A stretch of DNA of 63,942 nucleotides, counting the filler, from Lenisia limosa (Eukaryota > Protista > Breviatea): assembly GCA_001655205.1 (NCBI GenBank). It is 7 parts of 7 records of this genome, joined end to end, with 100 filler letters (N's around TTAATTAATTAA, not from the genome) between each part and the next. Parts side by side here need not be neighbours in the genome. Positions count along the whole stretch, not along the records: positions 54,086 to 60,204 come from LPNZ01011723.1; positions 60,305 to 61,841 come from LPNZ01005229.1; positions 61,942 to 63,942 come from LPNZ01003463.1; 4 more parts are not named here. One strand, given 5' to 3'. Shown here piece by piece: positions 53,986 through 63,942 of this stretch. The stretch's first letter is position 1, and each line of letters starts with the position of its first letter. The notes beneath the pieces are model-generated. The model was not told the DNA's origin, searched no databases, and worked only from the letters and a program-made list of their open reading frames with translations. The position numbers and the translations under genes are program-made.

Positions 53986-55074
53986 NNNNNNNNNNNNNNN
54001 NNNNNNNNNNNNNNNNNNNNNNNNNNNNNTTAATTAATTAANNNNNNNNNNNNNNNNNNNNNNNNNNNNNNNNNNNNNNNNNNNNCAAAAAAATTAGAGA
54101 AAATAATAATTTACGGAAATACGGATCATTTACGGGAATTCTGCGCAGTAGCATATGAAAACTGACATTGAGTTTCAAAAGTTGATCGTGTCTTCAAAGT
54201 TATCAACTTCACTTTTGCCCTTTTCCTCCGAGCTTAATACCCACTCTTCACGTTCTCCACCCGCAACCATTTTGAAAATCCTAAATAGTAAAGAGGAAAT
54301 AGAACAGAATGCAACAGGTAAGCGCAAAAGGGTTGATGAGCTCACATTAATTGGGAAGAATATAAAGGCTATCTAAAGTCAAAGACCAGAATTTGCCAGA
54401 ACCATATTAATAGGACTTGTATACAACACGGAGAGAGGCAAAGGTGAAATGTTGAATCAGTTGAAAAACAGTATCAGAAGACTTAGTACATCTAGCCCAG
54501 TAGAATGAACCCCAAATTCTCTTACAGGATAACAATCAGCGGGGGATTCTCTTGCACTTGCTTGAAACGTGAGAACGCGGAAAATTCGGTTTGACAACTT
54601 TCCGGGTGCCGGGTCTGGAACCAGAGAGGAGGACCCACCGGCGGATCGGGAATTCATACCAAATTAAAATTGACAGTATTGAGGAAATAGAAAACCCAAA
54701 CGAAATTCAATAAAAAATGGAAGATTGTTCTCATCATTTATTTGAACTTTCCCTTTCATTGTCAAAAAACTTACTGGAGAACGAGCCGGTCATTGTATAT
54801 GTACATACAAATATAGAGAAATAAAAAATAGGTTATATATCATATGAAGCCAAGTTTAGTGCTTTCCATTTTGATGATACACCTCCAACAGAGTTGAAAA
54901 TCGCACGTTGATAGATGCTCTTGTCCACTCACACAGACGAACTGAAATGCACAAAGCTATATTTTGTATAGCCCAATTGTACACTGGTCCAAGGGACGCT
55001 ATATGGGGGGGGGTCACCCCCCTGAACCAACCCTAAAAACATCCTAAAACACTGCTAAAACAGAACAAAACATA

Positions 55075-56075
55075 ATGAGTCAAACTGCCGGTTTAAAACT
55101 AAGTTGAGGCTTGTTTTCTAACACTGCTAAAAAATATGGTCAACATTTTTTAAAAAATCCTATAATTACAGAACGAATTGTATCAGCAGTTTTTTTTTAA
55201 GGGATAATCTTGGCTGGTATAAGTCGCTCAGATACTGTTTTAGAAATTGGACCTGGAAGTGGAAATTTAACAATAAAGCTGCTGGAACACGCTCAGAAAG
55301 TTAGTTTTTTTTACACACCTAATTAGGTCATATGTATTGAAATTGATCCACGATTGGTTGCAGAGCTTGAGAAAAGGGTCAGTTCATGGTTTATAAATTG
55401 TATTTTTTTTTTAACTTAGTGGGTTTAAAAACAAATTAACTGTGATTTGTGGGGATTCAGTTAAGATTGACTTTCCAAAATTCGATGTTTGTGTTGCAAA
55501 TGTTCCCTACCAGGTTTGGGTGTTTTTAATTATAAGATTTCTTCACCTTTAATATTCAAACTACTCTCTGGAATTCAATTTAGAACTGCAGTGCTAATGT
55601 TTCAAAAAGAGTTTGCGCTTCGTCTACTGGCTTCTCCAGGAGATTCTTTGTATTCTAGAATTTCAGTGAATGTTCAATTTTTGGCGAAAGTGGAGCATGT
55701 TGTTCAAGTGGGCAAAAAAAACTTTAGACCCCCACCCCTGGTCGATTCAGCTGTTGTTAAGCTCTCTCCGAAACTTATAGTTCCCACTTTCTGCTTTAAA
55801 GAATGGGATGGTCTGCTGAGAATGAGTTTTCAGAGGAAAAATAGGACATTACTTTCTAATTTAAGCCAGCAAGCTTGTTTAGCACTGATATCGTCCAATT
55901 CGGGGTTATCACCGCATGTTGTTTTGGCAAGCTTGAAAGAGCTTTTATCAAGTTTACAACTAAATGTTTTTTTTTTTTTTTCATTGACAAGTGTTCTAGA
56001 GCAACCCAGTTGTCACTGGAGCATTTTTTAGAATTTTTGTCAGCATGTAACAGTCTTGGCATTCATTTTGCGTGA
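55075..56075 (+). CDS. DIM1: 18S rRNA adenine dimethyltransferase DIM1 (KsgA/Dim1), six micro-introns
   Basis: [110 protein letters not shown] then TGA. Confidence 0.95.
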
Positions 56076-56229
56076 TTTCATAAGGGTGAAGTCCAAAAAT
56101 GATATTTCATAAATTCGACAGCGTTTCCCCCCGGATGAATAAGGGCTTACAAGGTTGATATGTTGATACTACGGTGTAGTATCATTAATGTAGAAAGAAT
56201 CAAGGAATATTCTTGCATGATTCTTGGGG

Positions 56230-58400
56230 GTTTAAGCGTTTGGGTTCTCAGGATCAGCCACCATTCGGAGGTGTCTTTTTTTTTTTTTTTTGTTCTGTAA
56301 AGCAAAGGGACGGGCTANNNNNNNNNNNNNNNNNNNNNNNNNGTAGGCTTTAGGGGGAATATTGAACTTCTCATTTGCTAAAAATGGTAAAAGAATCAAG
56401 GTCATATTTTCTGTAATAAAGTTTGGATAGTTACCCACCTGCTTCGAAATCCTTGTCACATATTGCTCGATATACTTCCAAATGTCGTGAGATAAGAGCC
56501 TCCTTTGTCGTACTTATCAGAAAGGCTTCAATTGCTCGCTTCTTTTTGACGTGGACAGAATCTGAAGCCTTGGCTTTTGCATTTGCCCCCAATACATCTG
56601 AAGTTGTACGCATTGCGGAGTTGGTGAGACGGGCAAGTTGCATGGTATTTTCAGGCTATAGGTGTTATGATATTTTTATCAACTAAGACAAATAGGGTTA
56701 CGTTTATGTAACATACTTCAGCTTACCTAGCTGGCCTTCTGCCTATTGATATCAAGATCCTTGGAGTCTTTCATATCCTTCAGTTGTTGCCTGATCAGAG
56801 ACATTTTTTTGGAGAGTAGTGATGGTACAAGGGGCGTCCACTCCCCAATATTCGGTACACCATAAACCACCACCACCACTCAAAAAACCTCAAAAACCAT
56901 TCAACACCACTAAATAAATCTTGAAAACCATGCGCCACCGCCCCTCTCTATCCTATCTCAACACCTACTACTGGAAGACACTCATCCAATCGTCCTCACC
57001 TACCACATCACCACATCTCATTCCTGTCTCACTCTCTTCATTCAAAGACATTGACATCCTCAAACACTCAAACACTAGCGGGATAACAGTCTTCACACCA
57101 TACGTCACACATCACTGATATCACAGAAGTTATACAACACCCCGCATCCCATAGAGACACCCTACGTCTGAGTATTTAAGCGCACTTGAAGCGCACTTCT
57201 GAGAGATCCAACTAGTCTTGTTTTTATTGTCCTCCAATGTCATTAGTTTACACTTTTCTATCACTACTACCAATATCGGACCCCACTTTTCCTGGAGTTA
57301 CTTCCTGGTAAGCACTATTGATCAACTATTTAGGATGGGATGGGAGACTATTAGAACACTTCTCAGGTCTTTAAGATGCTATTTATTTCATTTTCTTGCA
57401 CAATTTCGTGCCATATTCATTCCCATGAACCCTGATCTGCACCTCATTGACCCTGTTGCCACCAATACCGTTCTATTGACAATCACAATAAGGTGAATCA
57501 GCTACCATAGCAACACATCTGGTGACACTAGTGCCGTCTCACTCATATATAATAGTATATATGATTGATATATGATATAATATAGTATATTATTCTCAGA
57601 TATTATTTATATATCTTGATATATCTGTGACATATTCATCTTTTTGTGACCTTCTTCTCTCCAGATTCTTTTATCTTCTTTTTTTACTGCTTCCTTTTTC
57701 CCTGCATTTTCCTGTTTGATTATTCATTCTGCCTATTATTTCATAATACATCGCTCAGTCTTTACTGTATGGTGCTTTGCTGTCTCGTGGTGGCGGTTTC
57801 TTCAGCGTTTCTTTTTATTTTCTTTGTTGTTTCTCCTCGCGTGTCGGTGTGGCCAACTGAAACTGATAATAGAATACATTCATCAATAAAGACATGATAA
57901 GAAACAACATCTGGTGTTGCAACAGCAAAGTAATATTTAGGGAACACAGGGATTAAAGCAATTGGGTTCACTGACAACTTAATAGTTCTGCCCACTCAAG
58001 CCTGACAGTGTGAATAAGTTCAGAAGTAAGTGGCTCCTCTTCGGAAACTGATGTCCATGTCTCTAGGTGATTCACGCCATGTCAGCATTGAAATTACAGT
58101 ATTTTTGTGAATTTTCGTTGTTTTACCAACTGCGTCGATAACTATGAAATAGTCAGACTTAGAGACAGGAACATCAGGGATAACATCTGGAATGTGAACA
58201 GCAGCATTCTTGTCAGTGTTAGCTATAATTGTGTTATGTGTTGTGTCACTATCATCTGTGCCAGCGTTATCACATATGATTTGGAAATTGAACATTACCC
58301 TAAATGTATAGTCAAAATAGTAAACCTGTTGACCTACCTTTGCCTTTATTTCACTTAATAAATCTGCCTTGCGCATCAAGTAGGTTATGTCAAGAGCCGT
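56230..58400 (-). CDS. Uncharacterised multi-exon coding region (may be the C-terminal continuation of the OTU gene)
   Basis: Open exon-like blocks with plausible donors (e.g. TMQLARLTNS...DKDFEA|gtgggt; MRKADLLSEIKAKVGQ). No family recognised and the model is unresolved. Confidence 0.3.
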
Positions 58401-58889
58401 AAATTGCAGGCACGCAGAAAACGATCTTAGATACCTGAAATGCGTTAATACATTTTCCCGAGGTGAAGAACGATTCCTTGGATAAATTATGATGTACCAT
58501 TGTACTTAAAATATACTATGAATGATAGCAGTATATTATCATGTGTATGGAAATGCGTGCAGTGGTACAAACCTAAAAAAAGCTTCACAGGCCTGACTTC
58601 CAAGTATAGAAATACCCACCCCACTTACAAAAAAAAAACAATAACAAAAAAACAGCCCTTCTTGAAATGGATCTATTAAATATGCTCATTCTTACTGAAT
58701 GTACGCGATATGACTAACATATACAAACCTGACGTGACTTGGCGAGCTTGGTGTCGCGTTGAAGTCTTTTTCTCGCCCATTTTTCTTCTTCTGTCATCTG
58801 AGAACACAATAAATACATGAAACAAATAGATAACAACATACAAAAAATTCATGTTTGATACATAAATGACATGAGAAGCAGTAAAGGTA

Positions 58890-60083
58890 ATTAGCATCCT
58901 CAATACCTTTCGCGATTCTGTTTCCAAAGCTGCTTGCTGGATCACTTCACCAGCACTCAAGAGGCGGTCATAATGAACCCTAATAGTTTCAATTAAAGAT
59001 CATTAGGACCAAGCAAGGGTAATTCCACACACATACACACAGATATATGTTATATCATTAATATATCAATCATGGAGTAGTATAGTGAACTATATCACGT
59101 CATATTTTTTTTATTCTTGTCTACTGACAACATACGAGTGATTCAGGAGTTTAATACGAGGGTTTGCAATATCTCCAAAACAGTTTTCCTCTTTTAATAA
59201 GATACCTTGACTATCAAATTCATAGACTTCGATGTAAACTCTAAATACAATAAATACAATATTTTGACTGTCCAACTTTTTGATTGATGCAATTGCCATC
59301 AATTCGGGTCTTCCCCCGTACTCCTTTTCACGCATGTCTTCAAAATACTTATCAAATTCCTTTTTACCAGCTGTGTTGCCAATTTGTTGCTTTAGAATTA
59401 CTTCATAAGACTCAGTGTTTGAACTCATTTCATTGACAACAAGGTGACGGTGTAATTTGGATTGTTTTTTGCAGAACTACAAAAGCAATGATAAAACAAT
59501 TAAAAAGGCACCAACTGTCATCTCTGCTCCCTTGAAGAGACATTCGCCGTCTCGGCCCATCCGAACAAGACGAAGATCTTCCTTCTAAAGTGCTTCTTCC
59601 ACTTTCAGGTAATGCTGTTTTACATTAAAAAGTGTAGAAATAATCAAAAACAAACAGAAACAATGGATATGTTTGAGTTTTTTGTTTGAGTTTATTCATT
59701 CATTCATTGGCGGCATTAAAGATCATAAGCTAATGAACCCATCCGATCCCCCTCAAACAAATGATGAAGAAAAGAACACGAAGTAGAAACTATCCAAATC
59801 CAACCAGATATTCTTCGTTATCCTCAATTTGCTGATTCATTCGTGACTCTTCGTACATCTCTTTTGTCTTTCGCAGCTGATCTGCAGCTGAGGCGCTGAA
59901 GAACTCGCCATACTCAATTTCCCAGCTAGCTGGAATCATTTCTCCATTTCTTCCCTCGTTGAGGTCCCCCCCTCCTCCTTTTATCATTGTTGTTGTTGTT
60001 GCTAATGCCAGCAGGGGGGTGACCCTGGTGCCGGGCGGGCCACAAAAATGACAGGGGTCAATATGATAAACCTGGGGGACCAA
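58890..60083 (-). CDS. OTU-domain cysteine protease (deubiquitinase-like), multi-exon
   Basis: LRLVRMGRDGECLF (catalytic Cys loop), FDKYFEDMREKEYGGRPELMAIA, RIKLLNHS|.VHYDRL (catalytic His). Confidence 0.8.
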
Positions 60084-60304
60084 AATAACGTTATTAGAAT
60101 ATAATAAACGAGTTGCGATAGCAGTGAAGTCTCACTTAGCAACCTCTCTTTTGGTTGCTTCGGCGTAACTAATCGCCTTATATCGCCATTTTGCCCACAA
60201 ATGTNNNNNNNNNNNNNNNNNNNNNNNNNNNNNNNNNNNNNNNNNNNNTTAATTAATTAANNNNNNNNNNNNNNNNNNNNNNNNNNNNNNNNNNNNNNNN
60301 NNNN

Positions 60305-61002
60305 TCGGACCTCCACCAGAGTTTCCTCTGGCTTCATCCTATTCAGGCATAGTTCACCATCTTTCGGGTCCCAACAAACATGCTCCTGCTCAGACAACTT
60401 GGAAGAACCTTGTCGCCGGCCGAACCTGCAGGCTTTTGACAGCCCTCGATCCTCAGCAAGTCAAACTTGCCTTTCCTTTCAGTACGCGCTAAGGTTTCTA
60501 CACCTTACCACTCGCATGTTCGTTAGACTCCTTGGTCCGTGTTTCAAGACGGGTCGAAAAAACCCATTTCGCCAGTATCATGACGGTGGAGAGTGGTTAA
60601 CGCACCTCCTCCTCGTACAGCCCTGAAAAGACCACACTGTCAGACAGTCCAATCCCTCCAAGACCGCACAAGGCAAGGCTCCCGCTTAAGCCCACCGTGC
60701 TAGCGCCTCAGTCTCAGTCCAATCTCGCCTCCGGCCGGCTATAACACCCAGTAAGGCCACGAAGACTCTACCAGGCCACCTTCCGACCAGTGCTTGTCGA
60801 TAGACCGAAACCCATACTGACCCGCCAACAGGCAAAACAGTGACATACTTCCGTATACAGCCCAAGCCACGGCATTACACCGCTAACTCCAGACCATACC
60901 ACGACCGAAGCCACCGCCTAAGCCTAAGGCTAGACTGGGTTCCTTCGCTTCCCTGCTAACAATTTCAGGTACTTTTAACTCTCTTTTCAAAGTTCTTTTC
61001 AT

Positions 61003-61036
<34 letters not shown>

Positions 61037-61372
61037 TCGCCGGTATTTAGCTTTAGATGAAGTTTACCACCCAATTTGAGCTGCATTCCCAAGCAACTCG
61101 ACTCGTTGAAAGCAGACTGTAACGGCCGAGAACTAGTGGTCATGTACGGGATTGTCACCCTCTATGATACCAGGTTTCCACCTGATTTATACCACCGCCT
61201 CCGCCAGCCATGCCTCTAGACACTACAACCCGACCAGCACGAGGCCGGTCGGTTTTCAAGTTGAGCTCTTCCCGCTTCACTCGCCGTTACTAGGGGAATC
61301 CTTGTTAGTTTCTTTTCCTCCGCTTAATTATATGCTTAAATTCAGCGGGTAGTCTCACCTGACTTGAGCCCA
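60305..61372 (-). rRNA. LSU (28S) rRNA, 5' portion including D1-D2
   Basis: The reverse complement contains acccgctgaatttaagcatat, agcggaggaaaagaaactaac, gagaccgatagcgaacaagtaccgtgagggaaagatgaaaag and cccgtcttgaaacacggacc. Confidence 0.98.
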
Positions 61373-61666
61373 GAAAAATTAATTTCAAAGGTTGACTCTA
61401 GACCAAATTGTTTGACACTGTAATTGCCTTAAAAAGCAGCACTCTGTTTCGCAGGCCAGCCTTTTAGACCAAGAGCGATTAGTAATAACCACAGTCGGCT
61501 TAAAAGCTAGAGCTAAACAGTCAACAAAGACAGTAGGCCAGGTAACTTGGACGAGCAAAGTAACTTCAACCAGAAAAGCCCATCTCTATTCAGTTTCCTG
61601 AACGAGCCTTGCTTGTCCGGTCAATCCTCTTGCCAACACAAGGCTGGTAAGGGGGATCAGAAGTTG
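61373..61666 (-). other. ITS2
   Basis: Spacer between the 5.8S and LSU genes. Confidence 0.85.
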
Positions 61667-61822
61667 GGTCTCAACCAGGTGTACTCTTTCCCGAAGGAGA
61701 GAGTGCCATGTGCGTTCAAAGATTTGATGATTCACGAAGGTTGCAGATCACATTACGTATCGCATTTCGCTGCGTTCTTCATCGTTGCGAGAACCAAGAC
61801 ATCCATCGTTAGCAGTTGTTTT
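61667..61822 (-). rRNA. 5.8S rRNA
   Basis: The reverse complement reads ggatgtcttggttctcgcaacgatgaagaacgcagcgaaatgcgatacgtaatgtga...gtgaatcatcaaatctttgaacgca. Confidence 0.97.
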
Positions 61823-62589
61823 CTTAGTTAAAAGAAGGGGGNNNNNNNNNNNNNNNNNNNNNNNNNNNNNNNNNNNNNNNNNNNNTTAATTAATTAANNN
61901 NNNNNNNNNNNNNNNNNNNNNNNNNNNNNNNNNNNNNNNNNGGGGGGGGGGAGGGGGGTTTGACGTAGGGGTCGGGTCTGGATTGTATAATGTTGACAAA
62001 TGCATTTGTTTTTCCCAAGACTGAATCTGAGTATCTTGGGGACAGTCGTCCGGAAAATTGTCCAGAATATAGTTTTTGTTGATGCCATATGATATGGCCT
62101 TGCTTCTTTGCAGGGCTCCTTGCAATTAGTTTTTTGAAGAAATTAATTGACAAAATTTGAAATTAAAGTGTCTGGAATGGAGTTCCCATTCCAATATGTC
62201 ACACTTCAAAATTTGCAATTAAAATTACAATTAATTGCACGGAGCCCTACTTCTTTGTTTACTTTTTTCTTTCAAGCGACTGGACTGAGATTTTTTTTGT
62301 TTTGTTGTCTTAAATTTAGTCAGAGTTGATTTTGTAATTAATTTCGAGTTTCACTCCCCCCCNNNNNNNNNNNNNNNNNNNNNNNNNNNNNNNNNNNNNN
62401 NNNNNNNNNNNNNNNNNNNNNNNNNNNNNNNNNNNNNNNNNNNNNNTTCGTATTACCCCTACCCCCGATGCGGTGCTGTAGAAGCGACTGGCTTGGGTTT
62501 TGTTTGTTTTGTTGTTATCAACCCTCTAGTGCTGTCAGCCAACAGAGTTGAATTTGGGCTCTTTTTGTTTCATTAAATTATCCAATTTT

Positions 62590-63065
62590 ACTGCTTGTTT
62601 TTATTTTTATTTTTTGTTTGTTTGGAGGTTTAGAGTACCTTTACGCCAATATTCTTCATTGAAATTTCTTCGTTTACCCCCACAGGCTGATGAGCTCTAC
62701 CAGAGAGGCCGCGCAAACCAGGCCGCGCCACTTTACGCCAAATCTAGGAAGCCGCTCGAGGAAATGGCTCTGAAGTGAGGGGGGTAAACGAAGGAAATTT
62801 CTATGAAGAATACTGTTACATCTGAGGGGGCGATTATATAATGGGTACAAAAACACCTGCTCGTTACATTTTCCCGTAGGAGGGAGAAGGTTAACTAAGG
62901 AAATTGCGATGACGAATATTGGCGTAGTAAAATTGAACGCCCACATACACAAATGTGGGGTAAACAAAAAATTTCGATGAGGAATATTGGTGAAAATATA
63001 CTAATCACGAACCGAATAATCTGAAACTCCAAACAAACACATAACAAAAAACAAGCAAAAATTGA
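62590..63065. repeat. Repeat 'M': one reverse copy before and three forward copies after the VPS18 exon 62686-62774
   Basis: ttacgccaatattcttcattgaaatttcttcgtttacccccacag | exon | gtgaggggggtaaacgaaggaaatttctatgaagaata; further copies near 62888 and 62957. Confidence 0.8.
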
Positions 63066-63691
63066 GTATAATTAGATATCACATATAATTTTTTTTTTAT
63101 TATTAGTTTTTTTTTATTATTATTATTTTATTTTATTTTTTTGTTCTTGAGGCTATGTTTAATTAATTGAATTTCCGCAATTTTTACTCATTTTTAGATT
63201 CATTGCGGAGGGACAGCGTGAAGCTCTCAGACTTTATCTTGGTGGGGCGAATCAGGAGGAAATGTACTCTCAGTCCTATATTATATATTAATTACTACCA
63301 CATGTACAGCTTGAAACACAAATCAAAAATACATTTTTCATTTAAATTAGTAGTATCTGAGATCACCTAACACTAATACTCGATATCATTATTGGGAAGT
63401 GTTGAAAGGGGCCTCGCTTAGAAGTAATATGATTGTACTATTACTGGAAGTGTCGTTAATAATCCACAGTGTTCTAAAGATGAAAACACTATTGAACACT
63501 TCCCCCTTGATCTACAAATCTCACAGTTCAGAGTGCAAATTGGAGCACACGCCGGAAAGAGACTTCACTGCGCGCACTATGTTGGCGCAATGGCTCATTG
63601 AAGTCTTCATCAACTTATGTGTCGCCAAACACTCCAGCTCCGCAGAGAGCGAGAAGAAGTATCGCCAGCTGTTCCATGCCTTTTTGAGCAA
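62686..63691 (+). CDS. VPS18: VPS18/PEP3 (HOPS/CORVET), internal fragment
   Basis: Exons ADELYQRGRANQAAPLYAKSRKPLEEMALK|FIAEGQREALRLYL and CKLEHTPERDFTARTMLAQWLIEVFIN match the recalled Vps18 pattern AA..YA.T..SFEE.ALKF..AL..YL..KL...Q.TML.TWL.E. Confidence 0.75.
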
Positions 63692-63821
63692 GTAAGCCTC
63701 AGTTTGTTCATCTTAGGACTCTGTGAAAAAATTGGATAGTTATCAAATCTGTCAATTAATTTTCTTAATTACATATTCTATGCCTCTTTTGAACAAGTAA
63801 GTCTCAGTTTTTCCATACACA

Positions 63822-63899
63822 CAGTGATCGGGATAAGTCTTGACCTATTTTCCTTGGGGAAATCCATAGCAAATCGGTCAAGACTTATCCCGGTCACTG
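63822..63899. mobile_element. Tc1/mariner-type MITE (78 bp) with 24-bp TIRs
   Basis: cagtgatcgggataagtcttgacc ... ggtcaagacttatcccggtcactg (1 mismatch), followed by TA; the left flank is CA. Confidence 0.85.
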
Positions 63900-63942
63900 T
63901 ATATTCTGCTTTTTTGAGCAAGTTAGCCCCCCTCCCCTCCCC

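Noticed and set aside
59575-59620. In-frame TAG in HYLKVEEAL*KEDLRLV upstream of the OTU catalytic motif, suggesting TAG=Gln
   Set aside because: The ctttag is a good phase-0 acceptor and gives EEYL|KEDLRLVRMGRDG under the standard code.
60399-61831. ORFs called over the rDNA
   Set aside because: They are spurious translations of LSU, ITS2 and 5.8S.

Overview
The window is not one locus. It is seven scaffolds of a fragmented, AT-rich, intron-dense eukaryotic (probably protist) assembly, joined by artificial N-TTAATTAATTAA-N linkers: about 1-18064, 18165-25551, 25652-50351, 50452-53985, 54086-60204, 60305-61841 and 61942-63942. Manual splicing gives recognisable genes: importin-alpha, a secreted protein with an ALK/LTK-like glycine-rich domain, a large Cys-rich multi-TM surface protein, an NHL-repeat membrane protein, cytosolic HSP90 (14 introns), a RING plus tandem-BRCT (BRCA1/BARD1-like) protein, CSL4, a MAPKKK, pirin, SEC23, an ERCC6L/PICH-like helicase fragment, DIM1, an OTU protease, LSU and 5.8S rDNA, and VPS18. 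Scaffold 2 looks like a decayed virus or transposon region, with a Polinton/PLV-like minor-capsid-type ORF and a YqaJ-like exonuclease pseudogene. The most unusual signals concern introns: apparent 24-nt GT-TG introns in DIM1, a repeat that abuts splice sites in unrelated genes in both orientations (introner-like), longer introns with 5' G-runs and 3' C-runs, and tandemly duplicated splice sites. Gene models were made by eye without RNA data. Homology calls rest on recalled motifs, not on database searches.
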